A stretch of DNA of 53,806 bases, filler included, from Sphacelaria rigidula (Eukaryota), in assembly GCA_964200075.2 (NCBI GenBank). It is 3 parts of 3 records of this genome, joined end to end, with 100 filler letters (N's around TTAATTAATTAA, not from the genome) between each part and the next. Parts side by side here need not be neighbours in the genome. Positions count along the whole stretch, not along the records: positions 35,941 to 53,806 come from CAXNAA020000975.1; 2 more parts are not named here. One strand, written 5' to 3'. The translations under genes and the position numbers were made by a program. Positions 35,941 to 49,911 of this stretch are shown one piece after another. The first letter of the stretch is position 1. Each line of letters starts with the position of its first letter. Under the pieces are notes generated by a model. It worked only from the letters and a program-made list of their open reading frames with translations. It had not been told where the DNA came from and ran no database searches.

Positions 35941-38288
35941 ATCCCGGCATTGTAGGGATGCGAGGTCAATGGTCAGATGACTATGTCATGCATGACCATG
36001 AGTACACCCTATATCATGAGTACATCCTATCGTAGAATGACTCTCCGGACGCGTGAAAAACGGTCGATTACATGTGAAATCGGACGAATGAGTCATGGCC
36101 ATAAACGTTTTTATTTTTGCCTTCGCACTATAAAACGTGCCGATGTCTACGCAATACTCCGTACTGGGCATCGGATGCGGACGCACTCCGTGGTCACAGG
36201 CTAACTACCCATAATAAGATATTATGAGATCAAGTAGAACAAAATAGGCCCCAGGAAAATTCACACCAGCGCGATACAAAATAAAATTAAAGAAATGCTG
36301 CTAACCTTGTCATTTCCGGGGCCGCAAACGACCATTCGCACTACTAGAAGCGGAGCCAACATTCCCACTCAACACGCGAGGCCAGACAGGAAAGAAACAA
36401 GGCTCAGGAACCAAAGGTTACTAACCAAAGCGATAAGAATGGTATGGCTCTATCCTTGTACGTGATAACAAAAATGTAGCATACCCATCGCACACGCATT
36501 GGAAGTGCATATCAAATGATCCGGTCACGTGCACATATGTCAAGGGTGGGATGAATCATCGCCGGTGAGAATGACCAAATGTACGATTTGTGAGGTCTGA
36601 TTACTCGAAGGAGGTGAAACGGCTGGCCGCAGGTGAAACAAGTTTGTACACTTTGCTACACCCGTCTCGAAAATGTGAAGGTAGAGAACCTGAGGCGACC
36701 ATCTACAATGCGCCGCCTTCATGTACCCTGCGACGAGAGCAGCATGTCCATCTGTGTATTTCACGTGCCTAGGGGCGCTTACCTCGGTTGCAACGCTGAA
36801 ACGAAGCCGAAGGGTCGATTTATTTACAGTACAAGTCAATTACACTAAACGCAACTAGTTTTCAGACAAATTACTCGTCCGCCCCTTAAAATGTGTCAAT
36901 CACAAGGAGAAAGGTTTTGCAGTAGTAACATGACGTTTGTAGCATACACGCTTTGTGCGCAGATACAGCGTACCATGCTTTGCATGAAAATGTGTCATCA
37001 CCTAGTCAGTGCCGTTACAGGTGTACGGTTACATGATAGTGAGGTTGCCTTCCGACCATTAGAAGCTTCGAATATTGGCGCGGAAGGTTGAACAGACACA
37101 ACTAGTTGTGGGATCTACTGTACGTATACGACTATCCCCATTCTCGACTGGCCGCTTACTTCGTTCAGGTTGGCTCTCTGTCAAACATATTTCAGCCATT
37201 GAGGGGATGGCGAGCACGGAGTGGGAAGGCAAGGCAGGTGGGTGAGCATGTCCTCAAAATAAACTGAACAATCACGTTGCACACCGTGATCGAGTACGGT
37301 CTACAGGGCGCTCGCGCCATTTGAATTAGGGTAACGTTAAAAAAGCAGATATTTTACACCATCGTATTCGGTGCTGCTTGGCTAGCACGGGTGAGCGCCT
37401 GTGACCTCAACATGGTGATCCGATAGTACGTTGAAAATGTCACGTAAGTGCTCTTCTAGTAGGTTTTACTCACGGTACAAAGGGGCTCCGGATTGCTGTT
37501 GTGGCACGTGAGCGTACCGAGAACGGGTTTTCAGCCCATATTCCGATATTTCGAATTATCGGAAATGACCCACCCGGTCGGAACGGGAACACAAATGATC
37601 GACAGTCAAATATTATGACATCTCTGAATTGGCGCACAGGTCTCACACGACCGTCCATGAAACCAACCTCACGCAGGTGACAATCTCTGCACCGGACGAA
37701 AAAAGTGAAAGTCTCACATGACCGTCTTTGAACCGGTTCAGGAACACGGACACGTAAAAAAAAACACCTGTGAAGCCGGTCATATGAAAGAGCCTTCAAT
37801 TTGTGTGTTTCTTCAACGTGTCATCAAGTGTCTTGTTTCTCGACAAACCCACAAATTAAAGCCCCGACTTCATTGGCCTTGATAAATACGTTTGAGTCTA
37901 CGGATACCCTCAATCCGGTCAACAAAATACAAACCTACACTACGTCAACGACCGAGAGAGAGGGAGAGAGAGAGATGTTGCTCATTCCGGTGCTGGAAGT
38001 AGAGTGGTTGGACGGCAGGGGTCCATAACTGTTTTCTAGGACTCTTAACTATCCGTGCCTCTCGATGACAAGCATCTGGGCTTCAGTGAACAGCCTCAGA
38101 AAACTTTTGGACTAAACAGTGCACCCCTACCGTAGAATCCCTCAGAATAGTGCCAAGACAAGAACGATAGATATGCCCGACCCCCGTGCGCGTCACGACA
38201 TGCAGCAACCATGTGTCATTGATGTAAATATATTATTGCAAGTTCGTATCATGTCACCGTGGAAAACTATTAGCATGATCGAAAGTTT

Positions 38289-39713
38289 CCAGGGTAGGTC
38301 GAGTAGAGTATGTACTTCTGAGTACTCGAGTAAAATACTCAAGTATTTACTCGACGTTTGAGTAGGTCGAGTATGACCTTAATACTCTACTCAAATTTTG
38401 AGTTGGTCGAGTACGGCCTAAAATACGCTACTCAATTTTTGAGTAGGTCGAGTATGGTCTCAAGTACTCTATTCAAATTTTGAGTAGGTCGAGTATGATC
38501 TCAAGTACTCTACTCACATAATGAGTAACCCTTCTCAGTAATACTTGAGTACAGAGTATCACTTGAGTATGACCTCAATACTCTACTCGAATTTCGAGTA
38601 GGTCGAGTACGGCCTTGAATACTTTTCTCAATTTTTGAGTAGGTTGAGTATGGTATCAAATACTCTACTCAATTTTTGAATAGATCGAGTACGACCTCAA
38701 ATACTCCAATCAAATAATGAGTAAGCACGCTCAGTTATATCTGAGTATAGACTACCATTTCGGTATGGTGAGTATTACTGACAGTCGGCGACTTCGTGAC
38801 GTCACTTCACAGACTATGTTGAATACATGGGCGAACGATGGCCATCATCTAGATGGATGGCGTTACATCACAGCCAACAAGGAGTGTGGGCGGATGATGG
38901 CCAAAAAAAAACGTGCAGGGCCCTTCGGCGATACCTCAACATTTACTCTACCCTAGTTTTGCACCGTTCGGTTCTGATCCGAATGTTTGCTGAAGTTTGA
39001 CCTTGAATCAGCACTCATCATGGCTGGGCAACTCTAGGAATACCTCGATATTTCCTCTACCCGAGTTTCAGTATCTTGCTTACGAACTTGAATATTGAAG
39101 TTGAAGATATATGGCTTCGGTACATCGCATCCGGCTTCAGATACTTCACTCAGATTTTGAGTAGGTCGAGGACGGCCTTCAGTACTCTACTCAAATTTTG
39201 AGTAGGCCGAGTACAGCCTCCAATACTCTACTCAATTTTTGAGCACGTTGAGTATGGCCTCCAATACTCTACTCGAATATTCAGTGAGCACTCTCAGTGA
39301 TACCTGAGTATAGAGTATCACTTGAGTATGAATTCAATACTCTACTCAAATTCTGAATACGTTGAGTAGGGCCTCAAATACTCTACTCGAAATTTGAGTA
39401 CGTTGAGTACGGCCTTGAATACTCTACTCAAATTATGAGTAAATCGAGTACGACCTCAAATACTCTACTCAAATTTTGAGTAAGCACTCTCAGTAATACT
39501 TGAGTACAGAGTATCACTTGAGTATAGAGTATTGAGTATGACCTTAATACTCTGCTCAAATTTCGAGTAGACTGGGTATGATCTCAAATACTCTACTCGA
39601 ATAAGTGAGTAGGTTGAGTACGACCTCGAAGACTCTACTCAAACTTCGAATACTAAAAGTATGACTCTTCAAAATTACGGAGTGTTCAGTATACTCTACT
39701 CGACCTACCCTTG
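38289..39713. mobile_element. Non-autonomous hAT element (1425 bp) with 41-bp tandem arrays
   Basis: TIRs C(C/A)AGGGTAGGTCGAGTAGAGTAT; 8-bp TSD GAAAGTTT / GAAGGTTT (7/8); arrays of GAGTAGGTCGAGTACGGCCTTGAATACTCTACTCAAATTTT at ~38360-38750 and ~39145-39665. Confidence 0.88.
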
Positions 39714-39811
39714 GAAGGTTTTCATGTATTGGCAGGCTTCTTGATTCCCGCGGGCCAATGAAACACTACATGGAATATTATTCCCCCCCCCAAAAGAGCT
39801 ATTGACGACTG

Positions 39812-40189
39812 GCCGGTCGCCCCGGTGGCTTAGTTGGTAACCATGAAACCTTTCGACGGTTGGGTCGCGGGTTCGAACCACGGTGAAATCATACGATCTA
39901 GGTTTTTCCCCTCACCCCACGCTCAACAGTGAAGAGCGACTATGTCGTAGGTAGACACAATCGGCCTTCGCGGTCGATGAAGGGAAGGGACCGCTGAAAC
40001 CCTGTCGCGATGAATAAAACGGAAAAGATCGCACACGGAAGGTTGAGTACTAAAAGAGAATCAGGGAGAAGAAAAAAAAGCTCCTGCGCTGGCCTTCCTC
40101 CTGTGTGACCCCGACTGATGCGCTCACATACACCGAAAGGTGTAGACTGGCGAGCATAACAGATGGGATGACAACACACAACGCAACAC
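39812..40189 (+). mobile_element. tRNA-derived SINE (full length, best copy)
   Basis: A box TGGCTTAGTTGG (39826-39837), B box GGTTCGAACC (39870-39879), 3' hairpin TACACC-GAAA-GGTGTA, CA-rich tail, flanking ATTGACGACTG / ATTGTTGACTG TSD (9/11). Confidence 0.85.
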
Positions 40190-42429
40190 ATTGTTGACTG
40201 CCCTGGAGAGCCGTTAACAACAGTTTATGAGTTCAGATTGTCGACGAACTGAGTGCCACACGGCACATGTGGTCAGAGCCGCGCCCCGCTTTTGCTTGAA
40301 AACATGTGGGTGGTGTGCGGCGAGACCACGTGCTTCATGCGGGCCCAATATTGATGGCGGATACGACATACCTCCTCCTGTAGTACGGATGATCGCGGAC
40401 GCCGTTTCATGACCGACACACAGTTTTCTGATTGGCCTGAAGAGGAGAACACATAGGAAGTCTGATTGGCCAATATTCCTTGGTCGTCCTTGATCAGCCA
40501 TGCCCGAAAGTCCCTCGGGCCGTCATTAGATTTTCTTGGGGGGAGGGGGGGTTGGCCAATCAGAAACTGCGTGCCACTTCACCCTTCTGTCTGTGAACGG
40601 GCACTGCATACAAACGTCGGCCGCACTACGCCCTGGATACGTGCCTCATGTGAACCTTAATATTCATGTATGATAGCCATTAACTAGTAGACAAGCAAAG
40701 AATATCACGTGTTTATGAGCAGCGCCTAAAACAAATGCCACACGCATGTTTCATCCTTGAAAACTCAAGTGCTCCAAGGGTTAATCGACTCGAGAAGATG
40801 GACTTACGCGACGATACCATAGAAATATGGATGCTGGACATGCAGTTGAGCATACCGTTCATATCGCTGACAACTTGTAGACACATACTGTAATGATTTA
40901 TCAAGACAAACATTCGTATGTACTAATGTAGATCTGCAACAAGACACTTACAAAGTGAGACAGATCGATAATGGATTGATTACATAGTTACCTGTACGAT
41001 GAGGGTATTGCACAGAACCACCGAATACGACACAGGCGCATCGGTAGGGTTATACGTGCACGTGGTGGAGGGGAAGGACATACGACCTTAATTCAGTGGA
41101 CATACTTACCGTACTGAGGACTGCGGTACAGCAGCAGCGATGGCGGAACAGCAGGTGAAATCAAAATATGTTTGAAGATTTGCTTCGATGCATGTAGCGA
41201 AGAAAAAACAAACATCCAAGGCCCATCGGGTGTTTGCATTCGCTGCGGACACGCAGCGTGGCAGAAGCTCAGCGCAAAAATAGTTGATTACTGATGGAAA
41301 CCTACCTTGTCGCTATCGACACAGCTCTGTGGATATAATACGTAGACCTAGTCCACCTTCTGCAGTCTCTCACATCTATAATAACGTCAAAACATCATTT
41401 ACTTCCCATTTGTGCTACGAACTAAAGAACGCAAGAATTCAGCGAGTTCCACAGCACAACGCCCCACAGCCGATGCAAAATGTAATTTCGACGAACGGCA
41501 CAAAACATGCTCGTTGTTCAGATCGTATTTCACGCCGGGCGAAGTCTCGAGTGGGGTCATACACACACACGCCCAACAAAAACTGTTAAACTGAGCAACG
41601 CCCTCTAATAGAAATTAATACTCCACACCAGCGTGGACACCAAAATACAACAACCATGTGAGTAGTTTTTCCCACTAGCCCCCTCGGAGACATTGATCCT
41701 TTGCTCGCGGCGCCAGCAACAGGCATCGCTGAAACTATCAACAACCGTTGTAAGGAAAGTCACAAAATACATGACACTGAACGGGGATGACAAAAACGTG
41801 CTCCCCCTCACCTGACCTTCAAGTATCAACCCATCGCACCCTATCGGCATCAAACCAAGACGCTCCCACCTACCCCGCCTCTTCCCTTCCCCCGCCCCGC
41901 CGGCTTCGTTGTGAGATACCGTGCAACCGAGCGCCGAGCGCCGACCACTGGTTGCTTGTCGTGCTTCGAAGTTTATAAGGATCACTGCGAGGGCACATGC
42001 AAAATACGCCTGCAGCCTATGATATCTTGTACAGCTCTGGCTTCAGTGGCAATACTGACACAGCATAGTAAAGTATGATAAAGAGAAGGAGATACTAAAA
42101 CGTGGCGTTCGTTGCCCACAAAACATGATGCTCTGGACGATCAACCGACTGGACCAGCCACTCAAAGCGCCTCCGTTTTCAGGAGAGCACGTACATATGA
42201 AAAAGATTAAATTCTTCCGCGTTCTAACTGGTGGAATGTATGTACTCTGCATATGACCGCTACTATACACCCACGGCCACCATCAACAGACGACACGCAG
42301 CACACTTGATACACATGTACAAACAATACCATCACTGCACATTCGTACGTGACACGCAATCCCTGAGGTGAAAGGATCCAGGCGAATTTCCCCGCCACGA
42401 CAAATGTACCGCAGCTGCAAGTGATTTAT

Positions 42430-42847
42430 TCAGCGACCGACTTTTTTAGCAGGTCGCTCAAAGCAGCAGCAAAAACCGGTCACATTGCTACCGTCTTGGA
42501 CATCCCAACTAGCGTGATCAGTCCTCTCTGCCTTGATAACATTCGATTGTTTTCCAACCTCTGGAACTGGTGACACCTCCGATGCTACTTCCGTCTTTGC
42601 TGCCGCCGCCGCCTCCTCCGCTGCCGTCGCCGTTGCTTCCTCTATCCGTTGTTCCTGTGTCCCAGACGCTCCCAGGTTGCTGTCAGCGGCGACGCTGGTA
42701 GTTCTCGCGTCGGTGTCGCTTGCCCTCCGCTCCACTTCCGCGCGCTCGCTGAGGTGGTGCTTTGAGGCAGACACATCACTGGCGACTGTGTCTGACCTCC
42801 GGAGCTCTACTGCTTCCGGGGCAGGCGTGGGCATACGGAACGAGCTT
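42430..42847 (-). CDS. Probable terminal exon of an unknown gene (A/E/S/T-rich, ends GFCCCFERPAKKVGR*)
   Basis: Open frame of ~139 codons after acceptor ACACTACAG; coding-like composition; upstream exons not securely identified. Confidence 0.45.
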
Positions 42848-43459
42848 CTGTAGTGTACTGCACTGCGTGTCTGTCTGGTGTGCCAAACAGGCCGTTTTCG
42901 GTCGAGGGCTCTACGAAGAGAGAAGAGCTTTCGAAATCACGAGGGACGCGCTGGGTTGTGCGTTCTCTGTTGTTCTCCGTAAATCTAGGGAAATATATCT
43001 CCACGCAGTAGCCAGGTGAGTGCTAGGACCCGCAGGACACTGACCGCTGATCTGTAGCACTCTGTCTGTGCCGAAGAGATGTTGTTGCATCTAGTGAGAT
43101 GTAATCTTTTTCTTCGTCACTTTCGATTGTGTAGCTGTTCCGCCGATGGTCAGGACGGGTAATTTGCCGTGCGATGCTGCGACGTATGAATGTAGGACGA
43201 AATAAAGGCACTACACAGTGAGACCACACTACATAAACATAACAAGCATGCACTGCATGCTCTCTTATCATACATATGATACGATATTTCCCCGAATCGT
43301 ACTACTTTTCGGAATTGAAACTTCAATCAATATAGGAGATCTCAACTACTGTATTGATTTAATTGATGTCGCCGATACTTTGATGACAGGATCAATCATG
43401 TCTGCCGCACACCGACAATATGGCTGACAGGGTGATGGTGAGAGACGAACGAGATGGAG

Positions 43460-46060
43460 AATTTGAGACCTTCAACTCATCGCGAGATTTTGGTTGGATA
43501 TCTCCCATTGCTCAGCTGTTGTCGGCATTAGAACGCGTCTCTTGCCTTCATCCGCTGGCTATCGTACCCAGGAAGCGCTTGGACATTACGTGTCCTGATA
43601 TCTGGCGTGCCCTGCGACTCAGCTTGGAGGCTATGGTCTTCTCGAGTAGTGCTGGAGATGATGCTCGCGAGAAGGCCTCGCTTAGCGCTTCACGTGCCTG
43701 GTTATCGCTGCCGGATGATGTCATGACAAGGTTAGTCTCGCCAGTAGCAACGCGCCACAGAATCAATCCATACCCGATACGAGAGCAAACGGAACAAAAT
43801 TCGGAACAGTTTACACATACCGAAGCACACCCTGTTCGTTGTGCACACTTGTCCGTCTATAATAGTGTTTCGCCCAGTTTAGTGTCACGTTTATCACCAC
43901 CCCCGAAAATACGACGCGGTGAAGTAAAATAAGTTCATAGGGCAAAATAATGACGGTGATGGTAGCGCACAGCTGTAGCACCTACGCGGAGCTACCCCTC
44001 CGTCAAACTCCGATTTAATCACATCCAGTAGTACAGCACACGAACGATCGATGGATAACCCGAAAAAAAGTTGACGAAATCTGTACAAGCCAAAAGTCAA
44101 ATTCCAATATGCCCGACCTACACGCGATCGAGGATTACTCGCGCCGCACGGATGGTAGCAAGCTGAAACTCGAGATTCAGGAAATAGTTGCTAATAGCCA
44201 TCGTTTAACCCTTTCGGAACCCCGTCTCCTGTCCCCGGCCCAAACGCCTCATTATGAGAATCCCTGACAAAGAGGAAAATATGGAAGCAGAAAACGCCGA
44301 CGGCATCCATTATATAATGGAAGACGGAAGAAGCATCCAGTAGCACACGCGGTGGGTGCAGGAAAAATGTCCTCCCTCGAGAGGTCGGGTGAGGTTTGAT
44401 TGAACATACCACGCAACGGATGAAGTGTGTCCAAGTGTGTCCAAGTGTATCCATCGACAATCATTAGCAAAAACACCATGAAACATTCCATTAAAAAATC
44501 AGCAATGGGTTCCAGGGTCTGGTACGGCACATTGGTGAATAGGAAACCTTCTTTTTTTCCACTTGTCACTCGCACGGGTCTGAAAAATATGCATTGGGTG
44601 AATGTTGTCGCGTCTAAGCTGTAAACCATTAACCATATCCTGCTCAAGAACCGTCAATTGCAAATGATCAACTTTCTATCGTGAGTTCCAAAAGGGTTGA
44701 AATCAAAATCGCACTAATCAGTTCTCGGGACCGTGTGGAAATCGCAAAATATTGACCTCACTACACGTCAACATTTTCATCTACGGCGAGGGTTTGCACA
44801 GCCACAGCCTGGACGGCTGATAAATATGCGTCTCAGCTACACGGAGCAACTTGATTTGTCTCTGCAGCTGCTGTGTGCATCGAGATATTGCCATCTGGGT
44901 GCGGGGTGTTGGGACACATGAAATGCGGTGGGAAAGCGCATCATATACAAAGCCGATATCCAAAATGAGCGCACGGTATTTGCGCCGCGTTCACGTGTGT
45001 TCTTAGTCGTGGATATCTTATCCTACACCCATTCGTGGAAACAACAGCGTTGCACGTCAGCAGAGAAGATGGTACAAACATGTGCATGGCGTTGATGCTG
45101 GGGTGGCGCGCGAGGTGTGCTCACGGGATCGCTGCGCAAAATATAGCGTACACACACACGCATACTGTATCGACTCACTCTGTGGTCAGCGAGGCAGTGA
45201 CTCTCCGCGTCTAAGGCCGGTTCTCATGGTAGACAAAGAACGCCGAAAAAGTACTGCATCACTATTTTTTTGTTCATGTGTGTCATTTTGTGTCCTAAGA
45301 GAGAGCTAGGGGGTGTTGACAGCTTTGAATGTCTTCCTCTACTCGTAGAAAAAAGCGGATACCTTTGTGTTTTCTGGTAATAGCAGTTTTCATTTTTTTA
45401 CGCATACACTCTTGTGCCAGAATGGTCAAGTCCGGGGGGGAATCCGAGGCACCTTCGCATTTCCCGGTGGCCGCAGATTTTTTTTCGACAGGACCAGCAT
45501 TTTTGTCCAGGAACAGTCGTCACCAGGTAATAGCTGTCATGAATTTTTAGACCTGACTGCCACTTTAGTCTGGACTCGACTGTTCATCGTTTTTGGATGA
45601 AAATACAACTTCGGTAAAAAAACAAGATGCCAGCACCTGAGCACGTTCTTGTGACGCGGCAGAATTGCCGACGATCAAAGCAAGGCAAACCGAGGAAGCA
45701 ACATCCGCCCAGCCATCATTCAGGCCCAAAACGAAGAAGAAGGACGACAAGAAGCGGTCCTTCAATATGTTGTGTTTGCCATAAGAAGCGGTATAAAGGG
45801 AAACGTTGTGAAAATCGGCCCGATGTTCGGAAGACCAGTGGTGACACGACCCCTCTGGTTGAATGCAGATAATACAGTATCAAGGATATCGGCGAGAGTG
45901 TGACGTAAAACACCACCTGACGTTTTTTGTCCGACCGTTCAACATAATGGTCATACGGATGACTCCCGGCAACTCTCTTCCTGTTGGAACGCCGTAGAGT
46001 CGACGCGCGAGCGTTGGCAGTGCTGTACAGTATGTCAAAAGGTCGACTGGCATACGATGG
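43460..46060 (-). pseudogene. Fragmented multi-exon membrane-protein pseudogene, possibly GT2-like
   Basis: Protein-like segments with stops/frameshifts: TLADILDTVLSAFNQRGRVTTGLPNIGPIF, KDRFLSSFFFVLGLNDGWADVASSVCLALIVG, PIADFLMECFMVFLLMIVDG; may be upstream exons of 42430-42847. Confidence 0.3.
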
Positions 46061-46649
46061 TGTGGTTCAGACTTGCCGTATTACGTTGTAAACACTCCCT
46101 TGATTGACAACACTATGTAGCCTCACGCACCACAGGCAATTCGCTGACGAGCGTCGCCAAACACTCCATGAAATTTTGCACCCAACGGTGCACCGCACAT
46201 GCACGAATCACCATCGACATGTACATGAGGCACGGCTCATGATTACAGCCCGGAAAAAAAACAACCTTGAACAGTACAGAAACTTCTGCGCAATCTATCT
46301 ACAGATAAAAACGACCCCAATATTTTCCACACACTGGAATCAGAACGCAAAATCTTCGTCGTGGTCGTCGCCCGCTTCCGATGCCGAGTCACGGACCCGC
46401 TGCATTCTGAATCCGAATCTCCAATCCAGACCCCGGCTGAAGAGTTTTATTTTTGTCCGATGGGTTCATGTGATCCGCCGTCGCAAAAGTAACGACTGAT
46501 CGGATCTTGTCCCAGATTCGCTCCTCCTACCCCCTCCCTCCCGTCGCTGTGCCAGCAACGCCCCTCACCCTTTCCTCCCGTCCAGTCCAAGTGCCTCCGC
46601 TACATACTCTATCCCCGCTCCCCAATATCGCTTCATGATAGCCTTCGCC

Positions 46650-48550
46650 ATGTGGTACAGGAGATGGCACTCACCCACGTATATCCGGAGCTATTGATAT
46701 TGGCGGGGGTTGCTCAGAATGAGGTGGTACATAAACCGACACGTCTTCTCCCCACCGGCAACCATACACGCCGCAGGCGCGCCCCTCTCACCCACGTGGC
46801 GTATGTCAGCAATGCGGCCAATCGCAGCTTTCGAGTCGGCCCAACTCCTCGTGCTCCCCAACTGCATGGACAGGTACGTGAACACTTGGGGCTTCCTCTG
46901 CATCGTAGGTATTGCCTACCCCGGAACTTAAATGGCGCGGCGGAGAGAGGGCCGATGAGGTCGCTGTTGCACAATGTTGCATATTTTCAAGTCACGACTT
47001 ACCGTGATGAGAGCATCCGCCGGGTCAAGGGATCATGCCGTAACTACCCTGCCGTAAGCGATGCACGTCGGCATATTGGGTTGGACCATCACACACCTCG
47101 TGATCTGCTGTCAACCTTCGTGACGCAGCTGACGTTGTTTCGTGAGGTGAAGACGACAGTGTGATCCTTCGGGGGGGGCATCTAAATGGCGTCTACAGGA
47201 AATCCAACCCCGCCCTACTTCCGCAGAATTCATGGGGGGTCATTTGTCTGGATCAGCGGGGCACTGCAGCTGTGGGGTGAACAGCCGGTACTAACACGCT
47301 AGGGAAAACGCTGGAGTGAACTGGCGGCACACCCAATCGCCGCCTCTGGAGGTAAAGAAATTGACTTCGCACAGGCATTCAAACACAGTATACACGGGCA
47401 CAGATAACTCATTTCACCTGTCGAAGTTTGAGCTCCAAGCAACTGTCGATGGGCCACCCTCGCCTACGATCCTTGCCACGGAGCATCGGAAAGCTGCTTA
47501 ATCGAACGCGGAGAAGTATTTATCCCATTGCTCGCCATTCATGTGCCAGTATGGTCCCGATTTCTCATCACATCGCTGCTAACCCGAGTCATTTGCATGG
47601 ATGCAACCCCCTCCTCTTCACGCCCCGCCGCAGATGCGCTGCCGATGTGTGGACACGTTCCTGGAACGCGGTTAGGCGAAGCAGTACAAGCAGCCTTTTT
47701 CTTTTTCGCTTCGATCGTGATCTCGCAGCATTGGAGGGTGTTGGTTTTGAGGAGCACGGCGAGCCCGGTCGCTCGTTGCAGTGTCCCGAGGACGTTAAAA
47801 AGCCGCCCGGCAACCCAACTGGAGGCCCCAGTGATAACGTTATAGGGGGATACGAGTGTCGTTGCCACCCCGGGATAATGTAATACCTTCAGCGCGTGAT
47901 CCTTTGCCCGATCCCTGTGCTGCAATGCAGCCTCTTGCTGCTCAGTCCATGTTCCTCATGCGCTACTGACATCTGGGTGGTTGATCGTATCCCTTTTCCG
48001 TCTCGACGCCGATACGTGAGCATGCGGAGGTGTGGCTCTCCCGGACCCAGGCGGGGCACGTCTTTTCTTTGTCTTGGAAGATGGAGTAGAACACGCGACT
48101 GCACAGGGTATCGTATTTCTCGGCCTTCCCTTATGATGGTGCCCACTTCTTGGAGGATTCTTATCGGCGTAGTCGATGCCGATAGCTTCCGTGTGTTCAT
48201 CTCTGACGACCAGGTACTAAAGACTGTGTACGTGAGGCCTCCCCTAGGCGATCGACTCTCTACTTTCTCACTTTGCGAGCTCCGCCGGTCGTCACCCTCA
48301 CCCACCGCCCCAGGGTCACACAACAGTGCAATCGCCTTGTGTTTCCATACGAGTGGGGACTACGCTCCTCTCGTACGGCGTCTCCATCGCCGACATGGCC
48401 CCCAGCGATTGCCCTCATATTTGCCATCGACATTGCACGTTCTACGCCTATCGGCCGAGAACTTCTCTCAACCGCGTTTGTGGCATGTGCCGGGTGGGAT
48501 GACAGCCGAAGATACGCAGGTGTTTCACTACCTGCCCGGATGACATGCAA
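46650..48550 (+). mobile_element. Degenerate DIRS/Ngaro-like retrotransposon body (RT/RNase H relic)
   Basis: GC-rich broken frames incl. ILIGVVDADSFRVFISDD (RT-like LGxxxD region), same orientation as the downstream tyrosine recombinase relic; no intact YxDD seen. Confidence 0.4.
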
Positions 48551-49911
48551 CAACGTGTGTGTGTGCAAGAACTCAGCTCCGAGCTATATTTAACGTGTTG
48601 GAAGTCGGAGTCAGGGGTTCTTGTGCACATATATTATCTCTCTTTATAGATGGGTAAGTCAGATCACCTCTAACCTCGGAAAACGAAGCGAGGGAATAAG
48701 CTTGATGAGATAGTGCCATGTTTTCCCATCACCGTTCACCTTCGACGAGGGCGACATTCGACGTTCGACCCAAGCTGTCAGTGCCTCAAAGTATGCGCGT
48801 AATAGGCAACACACGGAGTTCTGATGGTGGCTCTGACACTTTCATTGAAAAAAACGGAAATTTGATTCTTATACGCATACTCGATGAACACAGGAGACAC
48901 CAGAAATCAAAAAGAGCGTCACTGGTAGAGATGCTAATCGGGGCCAAAGTATATAAGAATTTGTTGCAAAGAGTATCATGAATCTTCCTGACGGAAAATC
49001 GCACAAGCCAATGAGATGGGAATGATCCGCTCAGTCGATCGGCGAAGAAGCGAATGGGCCGCCCGGTCGTCGGGAAAATAAGCGCAGGAGGCCATCTGCA
49101 ATCATGACACGCACACGTTCCTGCTGCATTGCATCGCCGGTACGGTCTGTTCATCATTTATTTTCACGTTAAAACTGTGACAATGCAACACAGATGACCC
49201 GCCTTGGGGGTGCCGATCTGTATAGGTCGAGACAAAGTCGATCGAAAACGCACAGAAAAGTACAGCAGTGCAATGCATTACATTACAGTACAGTGTTGTC
49301 TTCTTTCTCCCACCCGTCGCGTTCGTTCCGTTTGTCGATGGGTATTACCAAAGATGAGACTACACGGAACTCTCCGACACCATCATCCCTTCCTGCCTTC
49401 AGTTGCAATAAACGTCCTTGGGCTGCGGTGGGGATTCATTTTTGAAGTGAATATCGCCCATACAAACATAACTGACCCATCATGCGGTGGCTGCTGTCTG
49501 TGTAAATAGACAAAGCCGAAGTGCACCGTACAACACAGTACAATCAGTACAGTACAGCGCAGTACAGTACAATGTTATCTTCTCTGTGAACCCCGCCGCA
49601 TTCCTCCCTTCTTCTGTGGGTATCGTCGAATATCGGATTACTCCTTCGATCGTCACTGGAGATTGTTGCCTCTTTCTACAAATAACCGTCTCTGAAGTTG
49701 AACTCTCTGAACCCCGTTTAGATCATCTGGGTTTTGCATTCATTTTTCAAGTGAAAAGTATGCCATGCATAGAACATGGCGGTGCCAATACAATCAACAA
49801 CACAGACGAAGAGGAGAGCACAATTCGGTCACCATGATGTTGTCTGCTCCAGTCCCATCCAGTGCACGATGGACGTGCATCAGTAGATATCAACACGTGG
49901 ACGGTGTGGTC

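Noticed and set aside
38360..39665. CRISPR-like regular palindromic repeats
   Set aside because: Units are contiguous with no unique spacers, no cas genes, and they sit inside TIRs with an 8-bp TSD.
39819..39890. Functional tRNA gene
   Set aside because: A and B boxes are present but the acceptor stem does not close and the sequence continues into a SINE body.
40100..40170. Hammerhead-ribozyme-like motif in the SINE 3' end (CTGATG-C-GCTC...GAGC-ATAAC)
   Set aside because: Core reads CUGAUGC rather than CUGAUGA here and in the 10088 copy, GAAA is replaced by ATAA, and no valid NUH site or stem I forms.
43740..43775. Protein kinase subdomain IX-like YGLILWRVATG
   Set aside because: No other kinase motifs (HRD, DFG, APE) found nearby.
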